From: an uncultured Candidatus Saccharibacteria bacterium
Lineage (GTDB): Bacteria; Patescibacteriota; Doudnabacteria; UBA920
Direction: 5' to 3'
Length of the DNA stretch: 64,000 nucleotides
NCBI GenBank assembly: GCA_964436545.1
Contig: CAYTCJ010000001.1
Location: 142,392-206,391 of the forward strand
Made by a program: the position numbers and the translations under genes. Positions 36,341-46,715 of the stretch are shown here, one piece after another (position 1 is the stretch's first letter; every line of letters starts with the position of its first letter). The notes under the pieces were generated by a model, which was not told the origin of the DNA, did no database searches, and was given only the letters and a program-made list of their open reading frames with translations.

Positions 36341-37976
36341 TTTTCAATTTTCAATTTTCAATTTTCCAATTAAGGTTTTTTTAGCCTTATGTGCTTTTTT
36401 TGTGTTGTCACAAAATGTTTTTGCTTACCAAGTGGGGATAAACCAAATTGTGTTAAACGATCCGGGTTATACCCAAAATGCTAACGATGTAGACAAGTCT
36501 TGGGGGTTGGTAAAAACCGCAGTCTTGCCGGTGTGGGAAAAAAATATCGGTTCTAAAGAAGTGGTAGTGGCAATTATAGATACCGGTGTAGACGCGACGC
36601 ACGAAGATTTGCAAAGTATCAATTGGGTAGAGGGCTTTGATGTATTAAACAGAAAATTAATTACCGGAAAAATCAATTCCGATGATAACGGCCACGGCAC
36701 ATTGATTGCCGGAGTAATTGGCGCCACGCCCAATAATTTAGTAGGGATTGCCGGTGTGGCTTGGCAAGTTTCCCTTATGCCCATTAAGGCTTTAGATGCC
36801 AAAGGTAAAGGGGATACGGCTAAAGTGGCAGAAGCGATTATTTGGGCAGTGGACCACGGCGCGCAAATAATTAATTTGTCAGTCGGGGGGATTGGTTTTG
36901 GGCGGGATAAGATTTTATCGGAAGCCATTACTTACGCGTATAGAAAGAATGTGGTGATTGTGGCAGCCGTGGGGAATGATTCCACCACCACTGCGGTAAA
37001 TTTGGACGAACAACCCGTGTATCCGGCTTGCGAAGATAACGGAGAAAATATGGTAATTGGCGTAAGCGCCATTGACCAGAACGATTTAAAACCCGAATTT
37101 GCCAACTTTGGAAAAAATTGTGTAGATGTGGTGGCGCCCGGCAAACGCATTTTATCTACAATTAACCACGACCCGGTTACACATAATTATTCGCCCAATG
37201 CCTATGCTTATGCTTCGGGTTCGTCTTTGGCTACGCCATTTGTAACCGGACAAGCAGTGCTTATTAAATCCGCTTTTCCTTATGCCACCAATGCGCAAAT
37301 TAGAGAGAGAATTTTAATGACTGCGGATAAAGTTGATATGCTGAATTTGTCCCAGTGTTTGGGCAGGTTATGCGCCGGGCTTTTAGGGCAGGGAAGAATT
37401 AACGTTAAAAATAGTTTGGATACGCAAATTTTACAAACCGCTTTTTTGGAAGGGGATTTGTTAAGATCCACTCAAACCGGCAATGTGTATTTTTACACTG
37501 CGGGGAAAAGAATGTTAGTGTCCAGTTTTGTGTATAACCAAAGGTTTTTAGGTTTATTTGTTAAAAATTTGCCCGAAGAACAACTTACCCCGATTCCCGA
37601 AGGCCCTTACGCTTTGCCGGCGGAAAACACTTTGGTTAAAGCAGAAAAAGATAAAACCGTTTACCTCATTAAAAATAACCAAAAATTACCCGTTTCAGCC
37701 AAAGTGTTTGCTCAAAGAGGGTTTAAGTTTTCCCAAATTCAAGTGGTGAGTTTTGCCGAATTAAACTCTTGGGTGCCGGGAAATTTTTTGGCGCCAATAG
37801 ATGGCACCATAGTTAAAAGTCTAAATGGCAAGCAAACGTTTTGGACTTTAAACGAAACCTTAAGGCCCATTAATCAACAATTTATTAAAGCTCGGGGTTT
37901 GGGCGGTTTTCCCAAATTGGTTTTTAGCGACAAAGAGCTTACCGGCTTTGCCAAAGGTGAGTCACTAATTAAGTAA
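36330..37976 (+). CDS. Subtilisin-like serine protease (S8) with C-terminal repeat modules
   Basis: Catalytic triad motifs AIIDTGVD, HGTLIAGVIGA and GSSLATPFVTG; signal peptide. Confidence 0.9.
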   Translation: MKNNFQFSIFNFPIKVFLALCAFFVLSQNVFAYQVGINQIVLNDPGYTQNANDVDKSWGLVKTAVLPVWEKNIGSKEVVVAIIDTGVDATHEDLQSINWVEGFDVLNRKLITGKINSDDNGHGTLIAGVIGATPNNLVGIAGVAWQVSLMPIKALDAKGKGDTAKVAEAIIWAVDHGAQIINLSVGGIGFGRDKILSEAITYAYRKNVVIVAAVGNDSTTTAVNLDEQPVYPACEDNGENMVIGVSAIDQNDLKPEFANFGKNCVDVVAPGKRILSTINHDPVTHNYSPNAYAYASGSSLATPFVTGQAVLIKSAFPYATNAQIRERILMTADKVDMLNLSQCLGRLCAGLLGQGRINVKNSLDTQILQTAFLEGDLLRSTQTGNVYFYTAGKRMLVSSFVYNQRFLGLFVKNLPEEQLTPIPEGPYALPAENTLVKAEKDKTVYLIKNNQKLPVSAKVFAQRGFKFSQIQVVSFAELNSWVPGNFLAPIDGTIVKSLNGKQTFWTLNETLRPINQQFIKARGLGGFPKLVFSDKELTGFAKGESLIK

Positions 37977-38033
37977 TTTCCAATTTTTAATTTCTAATTT
38001 TTAATAAGGGATTAGTACTAAAAAAATAAACAC

Positions 38034-39881
38034 ATGTTAAGTAAAAAAATATTTAACTTCATATTAATTTTAGTAATTTGCATTTTACCTGTAGTTAGTT
38101 TTGCGCAAATTGACACGGGTTTTAACCCGAATAAGTTAATTGATGATGCCATTTTTGCCGATACACAAACTTTTGGCGGACCGGAAGGCATACAAAAATT
38201 TTTGGAAATTAAAAATTCCATTTTAGCCAACACCAACCCGGCTTTTTTAGCGATGTTAAAAGAACCCGATTCCGTTGAGCTTAAGACCGCGTTAGAAGAT
38301 CCGAACCCAAACTTAGGCCGGTTAAGGACAGCAGCCGAGTTAATTTGGGATGCCAGTCGGCATAGCGGGCTAAATCCGCAAGTGATTTTGGTAACTTTGC
38401 AAAAAGAACAGGGTTTAATTACCAATCATCAAAATTCGCCTACCGATAAACTCCAAAAAGTTTTAGATAAGGCTATGGGTTTTAATTGCCCCGATGGTGG
38501 CGGGTGTGGTAATTTATTCCCAGGTTTTTATTACCAGTTATTCGGCAATTTCGATTCCGCCAATAACCGTTATTTGGGCGCTACCAAGTCCTTAATTAAG
38601 TCTTTTTCCTATCCGGAAGGTCGGGGGCCTTTGGTAAATGGCAGTGTGTCTAAGGTTGGGCAAAATATTAGTTTAGAAAATATTACTTCTAATCCTGACG
38701 CGCCCAAAGAGCAAGTGGTGAATTTGGGCAACCGCGCCACTGCCGCACTGTACCGTTATACGCCTCATGTATTTAACGGTAACTATAATTTTTGGCGATT
38801 TTTTCAAGAATGGTTTAGGTACCCGAATGGCACTTTGTTAACTTTAAACGGCGACAATCGTTTATACATTATTCAAAACGGCACCAAACAAATTGTGCCG
38901 GAGTTTGTGGTTAAAGCCAGAAATTTAGATGTGACTAAAAAAATTATCGCTTCGCCCAACGAGCTATCTACTTATCCGGAAGATAAAATTTTTGGTCCGG
39001 CCGACAACACAGTGGTTAAAGCCGAAGGTGATAATAAACTCTATGTGTTTATCAAAAACATTAAACACCCGGTTTCGGAATTTGTGTTAAGCCAAAGAAA
39101 TTTAAGCACCGGCACAGTCTTGGGTATTACGGCGGGCGAAAGTCAGTTGTTTGAACAAGGTCCGGTACTGCCACCTTCTAACGGGACCATTTTAAGAGGT
39201 GAAGTAAATAAAAGTGTGTATGTAGTGGAAAATAGCACTTTAAAATTATTTTCCGATTTTACCTTTAAACAAAGAAAAGTGGCCGGCAAAAATGTAATTG
39301 TGGTGCCGGATGCGGAAATTGATACTTACCAAAAAATGGGTTTTGTGGCCCCCTTAGACGGCAGTTTGGTAAAAGCCAATGGGAGCCAAACCGTGTATTT
39401 AATTGAACAAGGTTTAAAGCATCCTATTTCAGCCGAGTTATTTAAAAATCGGGGTTTTAAAGCAAAAGAGATTGCTGTAATTTCTAAAGACGAAGTGGAC
39501 TCTTTAAGTATTGGCGCTTATGCACACCCGAAAAATATGACTTGGCTTAAAAATAGCCAAACCGGAGAATTGTATTTATTTAAGGAAGGAGCTTTGCACG
39601 CCATTTCCAAGTTTGTGGCCAAACAAAGGGGTATTACTCCGGATTTTGCTTTTAGCTCGGGAGAAATACAGGAATGGCCCATGGGTATAAGCGTGGCACC
39701 CAAAGACGGGACTTTAATTAGCGGGAGCGAATCTAAAACCGTTTACTTAGTTAGTAAATCACAGTTAAGACCGCTTACTGCCACGGCTTTTAAGAAACGC
39801 AAACTCAATTTTAAAAATGTAGTTAAACTGCCTCAAGATGAAGTTGACGCTTATGCTAAAGGCGAGGTATTGAATAAATAA
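38034..39881 (+). CDS. Secreted protein with ~8 tandem ~65-aa modules, which are also present in the S8 protease C-terminus
   Basis: Repeated pattern (V/L)VKA.G..(T/K)VYL(I/V)..G.K.P(I/V)....F...GF; signal peptide. Confidence 0.6.
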   Translation: MLSKKIFNFILILVICILPVVSFAQIDTGFNPNKLIDDAIFADTQTFGGPEGIQKFLEIKNSILANTNPAFLAMLKEPDSVELKTALEDPNPNLGRLRTAAELIWDASRHSGLNPQVILVTLQKEQGLITNHQNSPTDKLQKVLDKAMGFNCPDGGGCGNLFPGFYYQLFGNFDSANNRYLGATKSLIKSFSYPEGRGPLVNGSVSKVGQNISLENITSNPDAPKEQVVNLGNRATAALYRYTPHVFNGNYNFWRFFQEWFRYPNGTLLTLNGDNRLYIIQNGTKQIVPEFVVKARNLDVTKKIIASPNELSTYPEDKIFGPADNTVVKAEGDNKLYVFIKNIKHPVSEFVLSQRNLSTGTVLGITAGESQLFEQGPVLPPSNGTILRGEVNKSVYVVENSTLKLFSDFTFKQRKVAGKNVIVVPDAEIDTYQKMGFVAPLDGSLVKANGSQTVYLIEQGLKHPISAELFKNRGFKAKEIAVISKDEVDSLSIGAYAHPKNMTWLKNSQTGELYLFKEGALHAISKFVAKQRGITPDFAFSSGEIQEWPMGISVAPKDGTLISGSESKTVYLVSKSQLRPLTATAFKKRKLNFKNVVKLPQDEVDAYAKGEVLNK

Positions 39882-39884
39882 ACT

Positions 39885-41336
39885 ATGGGTTTAGTTTTTC
39901 AAAATATTTTTTGGCTTACAGCTTCAAGGGCAATTGCCCTTGTTTTGCTGTTTTTAGCTTATACTCAATTATTTAGATATTTAGGACCTTTTGGCAACGG
40001 ACAATACCAATTTGTGTTGTCTTATGTTTTAATTTTTTCCACGGTGGTGGATTTTGGCGTTCAGCAATTCATTACCAAAAAAATTACCGAAGAGCCGGAG
40101 AAAACCACGGAATATTTTAAGAGTTTTTTTAAATTTGAAATTTTGGCTTCCGGATTTTTATTTGTCCTGTTAATGAGTATTGCTTACTTAAAGGCTTTTG
40201 AAGCCCCATTAATTTCCGCTATTTGGGTTACGGGTTTGGGAATGGTAGTTAATGGTTTATGCTATCCGTATTTGGCAGTGTTAACCGCCAAGCAAGATTT
40301 AAAAAAAGTGGCAATCATCAATTTTTTAAATTCCTTGGTTAATGTAAGTGTGATTTTTCTGGCGATTTGGCTAAAAAAATACATAGTTTTTTTAGCCAGC
40401 ATCCAACTGATTTTTGGCTTAATGGATTGGGTGTTGTATAGGATGTTTGTAAAAAAATATTTATCAACCCCCCCTACCCCCCCTTTAGACAAAGGGGGGG
40501 AGGAAGATCGTGCTTTAGACAAAGTTGATAAGTTAGGGGGGGCTGTTGTAATTTTAAATATTCTTAAATCTGCGTGGCCTTTTGCTTTACTGGTCGGTTT
40601 TAGCGCAATTTACAACCGCATTGACGTAGTGATAATTACCGGCATGCTCGGGTTTGCGCAAACCGGAATTTACACTTCGGCCTATAAGTTTTTTGATTTG
40701 CTCAATTTTTTCCCCGCTTCGGTGTCGCACGCGCTTTTTCCCGCGTTGTCCGGCTTTATGGCCACAGGTAAAATTGCCGAGGTAAAAATCACTTTGGAAA
40801 AATATTTAAGACTTATGATAGCTATTGCTGTGCCTATGGCTGTGGGTGGAGCTATTTTATCAGGACAATTAATTTTACTCGTGGCCGGAGAACGGTTTTT
40901 GGAAGCGGGTAAAATTTTAGCGATTCTCATTTGGGCCATAGCAATACTATTTATTTATATTCCTGTAAATTCTTTAGTAATTTCTCAGTTAACCAAAAAA
41001 GCAGTTGTGATTACCGGAGTAAATGTTATACTGAATATTGTGGGGAATATAGTCTTGTTGCCCATTTATGGGATTAAGGGTTCGGCAATAATGACAGTGG
41101 TTAGCGAGTTAGTCCAAGGTGGTTTTTATTTTTATTTGGTTAAAAAAAATATTACGGATTTCGCTTTTTTCTCTCTGCTGTGGAAACCCGCTTTGGCCAG
41201 TGCGATTATGGGTGTAATGGTTTGGCAAGTTAGAGAAGTAAATTTATTAACGGGTGTTTTTCTTGGGGTGGTAAGTTACACAGTAAGTTTGTATTTACTT
41301 AAGTTTTTTAAGGAAATTAATATAAAATTTTTTTAA
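39885..41336 (+). CDS. Polysaccharide flippase (MOP/Wzx-like), 12-14 TM
   Basis: Hydrophobicity pattern and genomic context; carries a G/C-hairpin insertion. Confidence 0.65.
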   Translation: MGLVFQNIFWLTASRAIALVLLFLAYTQLFRYLGPFGNGQYQFVLSYVLIFSTVVDFGVQQFITKKITEEPEKTTEYFKSFFKFEILASGFLFVLLMSIAYLKAFEAPLISAIWVTGLGMVVNGLCYPYLAVLTAKQDLKKVAIINFLNSLVNVSVIFLAIWLKKYIVFLASIQLIFGLMDWVLYRMFVKKYLSTPPTPPLDKGGEEDRALDKVDKLGGAVVILNILKSAWPFALLVGFSAIYNRIDVVIITGMLGFAQTGIYTSAYKFFDLLNFFPASVSHALFPALSGFMATGKIAEVKITLEKYLRLMIAIAVPMAVGGAILSGQLILLVAGERFLEAGKILAILIWAIAILFIYIPVNSLVISQLTKKAVVITGVNVILNIVGNIVLLPIYGIKGSAIMTVVSELVQGGFYFYLVKKNITDFAFFSLLWKPALASAIMGVMVWQVREVNLLTGVFLGVVSYTVSLYLLKFFKEINIKFF

Positions 41337-41351
41337 TAGGAATATATTTTT

Positions 41352-43106
41352 ATGCCTGACGGAAACAAAAAACCACAAATAGAACGATTAGGACTTGAAT
41401 CAGCCATTGGGGCTTCGTTATTGTCTGAAAGAGCCGAAGCACAGTCATTTGATGTAGAGAAGATGAAGAGAACATTGCAAAACGATCCATTTTATTTTGA
41501 AGGACATGAAGAAGAAATTAATTTTGAAACGGATGATAAAATTACCCCAGAAATACAAAATTTTGTAAAACAGTTAATTAGTTTACAAAATAGAATTTTT
41601 GATGTTGCTATCACCAACAAACCATCAATAAACAGCCTTGATAAAAAAGGTAGCTTTAACATTAATATGACGGCTTTAGAAAGCTTATGCAAAGAAATTT
41701 TTACACTTATTACTAGACAAATGCAAATAAATTTGTCTTTTTCTCGTGACAATTATAATTACTTATTTCTGTATGAATTACCTAAATATTTGTCGAAATT
41801 TGGCATCGTAATTTACGATACAATCTTTAGAATTGATGATGGTACGGCGAATGGTCTTGGGTCAGCATATCCTTTTGCATTATTTTTTGGAGTGGAGGGC
41901 AAAAGGATTGAGTCAGCAGATGGGTGGAATAGAACAATCGAGACCCCAGTTTTAAATGTTCGGCCAGTTCCTGAATTTGGGGAGCAAAAAAGCTCGCAAT
42001 TTGTTGGAGTAAACAATCAATTTGCGAATGGAAATGTTATGCTACTTAATCGTTCTGACGAAATAACAGCTTCTCAAAGGGAAAAAAACAAAGCTCTCTT
42101 TGAGAACCTATTAAAGAGTGATGAATCAAGTTATTTAGATCTTGTCCGACAAAGTAATGATCCAATAACTCAAGCAACTTTACTGGCCTCAGCACAAATT
42201 TTAAAACGAAACGGTGGCGTTGATTTTATATTTTCAGATGCCACAGATAGAATAAAATTACATGAAATCGGTCATATGATATTTAACCGTGATTCAAAAG
42301 ATCTATCGAAGCATAAAGCACCAACTACCAAAGGCGAATTTTTAATAAACCCACTTAATCTAAATGTCCAAATTCACAGAGAAATTGGTGCCATTTTATA
42401 TGAAATGAAGAAAGTTAAAAATAAGGATAAAGTGTTCTTATTATTTCTTAAATTTATTCGAAGTGGGGTTTTAAAGGGTAGAGTTTTTCAAGATTTTGAG
42501 CATGATGAAGCTGTAAATTGGGTTTTTGATAGAATGGTTAATTTAATTAAACGGGATCCTTTTAAGTATGGTATGGAAATTGATTTTGAAAGTCCGGTGT
42601 CTCATGAAAATCAAATAATTATGCAGTTGGCAAAAATTTCAGCCAATCCAAAATGGGTGGAAGAATTAGTTGATGAAATTCACGAAATACATTTACAAAA
42701 TTTACAGCAAGGATTTTTGGCTAAATATTATCGAAGTCAAGATTTGCCTATGCCGGCAGGGGTGGTGGATAAGCCCATTGTAGAAACTGTTTATGAAGTA
42801 AAAAAGCCATTTCCAGTTGTAGAGATTGGTGTTGGAGCTCTTGCAGTAGGTGGAATGGTTGCCGGCGGAATTGCTTTAAATAAATGGGGAGTTAGAAAAG
42901 AATTAGTCCGTTTAGAAGAGAGATTACCAGACTTAATCAGAAAAAGAGTACATAAAAAGTATAATGTAAATGAGCTTGTAAATAACTTACAGTTTGGTGC
43001 TTCCAAAGAAAATTTAGATTTACAAAGAAGGCAAGGCGCAATTGCTGAACTTAGAAGAATTAAAGTTGATGAAAAGATTATTGCTTATTTAGAAAAACAT
43101 TTATAG
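41352..43106 (+). CDS. Hypothetical protein (584 aa) with an HExxH motif (LHEIGHMIF) and a C-terminal TM helix
   Basis: ORF only. Confidence 0.5.
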   Translation: MPDGNKKPQIERLGLESAIGASLLSERAEAQSFDVEKMKRTLQNDPFYFEGHEEEINFETDDKITPEIQNFVKQLISLQNRIFDVAITNKPSINSLDKKGSFNINMTALESLCKEIFTLITRQMQINLSFSRDNYNYLFLYELPKYLSKFGIVIYDTIFRIDDGTANGLGSAYPFALFFGVEGKRIESADGWNRTIETPVLNVRPVPEFGEQKSSQFVGVNNQFANGNVMLLNRSDEITASQREKNKALFENLLKSDESSYLDLVRQSNDPITQATLLASAQILKRNGGVDFIFSDATDRIKLHEIGHMIFNRDSKDLSKHKAPTTKGEFLINPLNLNVQIHREIGAILYEMKKVKNKDKVFLLFLKFIRSGVLKGRVFQDFEHDEAVNWVFDRMVNLIKRDPFKYGMEIDFESPVSHENQIIMQLAKISANPKWVEELVDEIHEIHLQNLQQGFLAKYYRSQDLPMPAGVVDKPIVETVYEVKKPFPVVEIGVGALAVGGMVAGGIALNKWGVRKELVRLEERLPDLIRKRVHKKYNVNELVNNLQFGASKENLDLQRRQGAIAELRRIKVDEKIIAYLEKHL

Positions 43107-43151
43107 ATTTTAGATTTCTAACCCATGCTACATAATTCTAAAACCCGCATT

Positions 43152-43559
43152 ATGGTTTTTGGCACTTTTGACATTTTGCATAAAGGCCACTTGAATTTTT
43201 TTAAACAAGCAAGGGGCTTATCTAACAATCCATTTTTAATTGTAAGCGTGGCGAGGGATAGAAATGTAAAAAAAATTAAAGGCCACAAACCCGCAAACAG
43301 CGAGCAAACCAGATTAAAATTTGTGGCATTGTCGGATTTGGTTAATAAAGCTGTTTTGGGCGGGGTTAAAAACCATTTACCGCATATTTTAAAAGCAAAG
43401 CCAAGCATTATTGCTTTAGGTTATGACCAAACGGTATATGTAAAAAATTTAAAACAAGATTTAACAAAAGCGGGTTTAAATGTTAAAGTGAAACGGTTAA
43501 AAGCTTTTAAACCGCATTTGTACAAATCATCTAAACTAAATTTCCGGAATACTAAATGA
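43152..43559 (+). CDS. Cytidylyltransferase-like nucleotidyltransferase (HxGH; TagD/RfaE-domain-II-like)
   Basis: MVFGTFDILHKGH. Confidence 0.7.
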   Translation: MVFGTFDILHKGHLNFFKQARGLSNNPFLIVSVARDRNVKKIKGHKPANSEQTRLKFVALSDLVNKAVLGGVKNHLPHILKAKPSIIALGYDQTVYVKNLKQDLTKAGLNVKVKRLKAFKPHLYKSSKLNFRNTK

Positions 43560-44653
43560 TAATAGGTATTGAAGCCGAACGAGCCAACACTTCGCAAAAA
43601 ACCGGAGTGGAGCATTATGCAAAACAATTAATTCTTCATTTGGCCAAACTTGACACTATAAATACATATATCTTGTATTTAAGGACTGAGCCGGAAGAAT
43701 GGTTTTTAGCTTTGCCGAAAAATTTTAAAGTTAAGGTTATGCCTTTTCCCGTATTTTGGACCCAAATTCGGTTATCGTGGGAAATGTTTTTCCGCCCTCC
43801 GGATGTGCTATTTGTGCCGGCTTCCGCTTTGCCTTTGGTGCACCCTAAAAATTCCGTAATTACTATTCACGATGTGGCTTGGCGTTATTTTCCGGAAAGT
43901 TTTACCGCGTTTATGAAATGGTTTTTAGAGTGGTCCACTCAATTGGCAGTTAAGCGGGCCGGTAAAATTATTGCGGTTTCCGAAAGTACTAAAAAAGATA
44001 TTTTAAAATTTTATAGAGTTAATGATAGAAATATTCAAGTAATTTATCACGGTTACGAGACATCCTCCCCCCTAGAGGGAGAGGGGAGGGTGAGGGGGCT
44101 ACCCGAAAAATACGTTTTATTTTTATCCACGCTTCAACCGAGAAAAAATTTAGCCGGTTTAATTGATGCTTTTAAATTACTAAAAATTGAGCACCCGGAT
44201 TTGCCTCATAAGTTAGTGGTGGTGGGTAAAGCGGGCTGGAAGTATGAGAGTATCATACAAAAAATTAAAGCCAACTCAGACACTGTTATATACTTAAGTT
44301 ATGTGAGCGATGCAGACCGGTTAGCCGTATTGTCGCAAGCGGATTTGTTAGTTTTACCTTCTTTGTACGAAGGTTTTGGCATGCAAATTCTAGAAGCTTT
44401 TGCCTTGCAAGTGCCGGTAGTTTTATCTAACACTTCCAGTTTGCCCGAGGTGGCCGGCGAAGCTGGGCTGTATTTTGATCCAAAAAAACCTCAGGATATT
44501 AAGCAGGCAATTGCCAGTGTGTTATTTGATAAGTCGTTGGCGGAAAATTTAACCGCCAAAGGGAAGGCACGATTAAAATTATTTAGTTGGGAAAAGTGCG
44601 CCCAAGAAACTTTAAATATTTTTTTGTCATTCCGTCCGCCAGCTGGGGATTGA
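43556..44653 (+). CDS. GT4-family glycosyltransferase
   Basis: EGFGMQILEAFALQVPVVLSNTSSLPEVAG; contains a G/C-hairpin insertion and a C-terminal 'TGTCATTCCG' hairpin. Confidence 0.8.
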   Translation: MIIGIEAERANTSQKTGVEHYAKQLILHLAKLDTINTYILYLRTEPEEWFLALPKNFKVKVMPFPVFWTQIRLSWEMFFRPPDVLFVPASALPLVHPKNSVITIHDVAWRYFPESFTAFMKWFLEWSTQLAVKRAGKIIAVSESTKKDILKFYRVNDRNIQVIYHGYETSSPLEGEGRVRGLPEKYVLFLSTLQPRKNLAGLIDAFKLLKIEHPDLPHKLVVVGKAGWKYESIIQKIKANSDTVIYLSYVSDADRLAVLSQADLLVLPSLYEGFGMQILEAFALQVPVVLSNTSSLPEVAGEAGLYFDPKKPQDIKQAIASVLFDKSLAENLTAKGKARLKLFSWEKCAQETLNIFLSFRPPAGD

Positions 44654-44663
44654 TCCGGAATCT
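44625..44663. repeat. Solo hairpin repeat TTGTCATTCCGTCCGCCAGCTGGGGATTGATCCGGAATC overlapping the GT4 stop
   Basis: Near-identical to the left terminal hairpin of the GIY-YIG element at 15111-15155. Confidence 0.7.
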
Positions 44664-44671
44664 ATTCGCCT

Positions 44672-46234
44672 ATGCTAAAAGATTTACATCAGAAAATTAA
44701 AAATTTACCCAGACTCAGGTTGCTAATTATTCTATTTGCCATTTGGCAGTATGTTTGCATTGTTTGGCTGGCGCTTTTTCATTTACCCAAAGAATTTATT
44801 TGGTTGAATTTGGGTTTATTGTCCGGTTTTGTGGTGTTGGCGCCAATTTTTGAATCGTTATTACTGTTAACTCTTTCGTTGCCGTTTTTTGTAGTTTTAC
44901 CGCAAAATAATTTTGACACTTTGGCAATGTGGCGACCGTTGTTTGCTTTGGTTTTTTTAACTTGGTTAATTCGTGATTTGAAATTCAATTATAAAGCAAT
45001 TACTTTTTTACCTTGGGATAAATTTTTAGGTTGGTTTGTATTTGTGGGCTTAAGTGTAACTTTATTATTTGCGGAATTTCCCGGCCAAGGGTTTAAACAA
45101 ATAGTTTTTTGGTTAAACATTTATTGTTTTTATGTGGTGTTAATAAATGTCTTGCATACCAAACAACAGATTTTTGAATTTATTCGTTACTTAATTTGGT
45201 CTTTAACCATAATTGTGACTTTGGGCTTTACTCAGCTCATTGGCACCTTTTTAACCTCTTTGGATACATTTTGGGTATATTGGGCCAGTAATGTTACGAG
45301 TTTGTACTATGGTAAAAATTTTGCCGAGGTGGCGTTATACTCCAATTCTTGGTTTTCTTACGCTGGCGGAAGAGAGCTTAGAATGTTTTCCATAATGCCT
45401 GACTCGCAAAGTTTTGCTTATGTTTGTTTGTTTGGTCTGTGTATTGCGACGGCGTTAACTAACCATGTGTTCATTTACGTTAGAAAATGGCTATGGTCCG
45501 GAATTCGTTTTGCCGGGCTGGGTTTGATTTTATCCGGTACCCGCGCGGTTTGGGTAGGTATGCTCGTGCCTTTTTTGGTGGTGTTGTGGGGATACGCTAA
45601 AAATTTTCAAAAGCATTTGGCTAAAAAATTTATTTTACCTTTTGTCATTATTTTAGTATTATTTGCCATTTCGCCAATTATCAATCGGGGTTTGGGTTTA
45701 TTGAGGGTGGGTTATAAGGAAAATTTTATTACTCGGGTAAAAAGTATTTACGATTTAGAAGAGCCTTCCAATGCCGGCAGAATTCAAATTTGGAAGGAAA
45801 CTTTGGCGTTTGGCATCAAACATCCTTTGGGAGTGGGTTTTGGCAATTTTATTACCACGTTTGGATTGGCTACCCATGAGGAGTATGAGCAATTAGCCGG
45901 AGAAATTAACGAAAGATATAATTTGCCCAAGCGTTTTGTGAGCGCGCATAATTTATATTTACAAATTTTTATTGAAGCGGGAATTTTTGGGTTGGGTGTG
46001 TTTATGTGGTATGTTTATGGTATCTTTAATGCTTTTTGGCAGTTCGTGAAGTCATATAAAAAGCAGGAAGATTTTTTGGTTTATTTTGTAGCCGGTGCTT
46101 TAATTATGCTTCTGTGGGTTTTGGCTTCCGCGATTTTTGATGTCACTCTGCTTAATGACAAAGTTTTAATTTATTTTTTCACTTATATCGGCCTAGCCGG
46201 TATAATCGTTAAAAAATATCACGAATATGAATAA
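44672..46234 (+). CDS. O-antigen ligase/polymerase-like (Wzy_C) membrane protein
   Basis: Polytopic protein with periplasmic loop LSGTRAVWVGM; context. Confidence 0.6.
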   Translation: MLKDLHQKIKNLPRLRLLIILFAIWQYVCIVWLALFHLPKEFIWLNLGLLSGFVVLAPIFESLLLLTLSLPFFVVLPQNNFDTLAMWRPLFALVFLTWLIRDLKFNYKAITFLPWDKFLGWFVFVGLSVTLLFAEFPGQGFKQIVFWLNIYCFYVVLINVLHTKQQIFEFIRYLIWSLTIIVTLGFTQLIGTFLTSLDTFWVYWASNVTSLYYGKNFAEVALYSNSWFSYAGGRELRMFSIMPDSQSFAYVCLFGLCIATALTNHVFIYVRKWLWSGIRFAGLGLILSGTRAVWVGMLVPFLVVLWGYAKNFQKHLAKKFILPFVIILVLFAISPIINRGLGLLRVGYKENFITRVKSIYDLEEPSNAGRIQIWKETLAFGIKHPLGVGFGNFITTFGLATHEEYEQLAGEINERYNLPKRFVSAHNLYLQIFIEAGIFGLGVFMWYVYGIFNAFWQFVKSYKKQEDFLVYFVAGALIMLLWVLASAIFDVTLLNDKVLIYFFTYIGLAGIIVKKYHEYE

Positions 46235-46268
46235 GTAAGAATTTCTAAATTTCACCAACCATATTATT

Positions 46269-46712
46269 ATGCCTCAAAATCAATTTGAAAATCACAACCA
46301 CCAAATAACACTAATAAGGGAAAAAGCCAAATCAGATGTTTCTTTGGTTCTGTTAAGATTGGGTAACGACTATAATAGTTTACAAGCAAATAATGATATA
46401 AGTGCCCATCAAAAAACTATTATGCTTCAAACGATTACGTTGAGAAGCGTTGGGGAATTGTATAAAATTTACGAAACTAGAAATCGTGCTTTAAAAGCTT
46501 TGGGGATAGTAGATTTTGAAGATTTTCCAAATTTTATTAAATTAGAAGATTTACCTACCGGTATTTATGTAAGCGACTTTGAATTGGGAGGAATGTTAAA
46601 TGCATTTGACGAGGAAATAAGAAATAGGGGTGAAAATTTGGATCATAATCCGGGACTTGAAAAAGAATTTGATAAAGCTTTTGAAAAATGGCAAGAGAGC
46701 AAAAAAAATTAA
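46269..46712 (+). CDS. Hypothetical protein (147 aa)
   Basis: ORF only. Confidence 0.4.
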   Translation: MPQNQFENHNHQITLIREKAKSDVSLVLLRLGNDYNSLQANNDISAHQKTIMLQTITLRSVGELYKIYETRNRALKALGIVDFEDFPNFIKLEDLPTGIYVSDFELGGMLNAFDEEIRNRGENLDHNPGLEKEFDKAFEKWQESKKN

Positions 46713-46715
46713 TCT

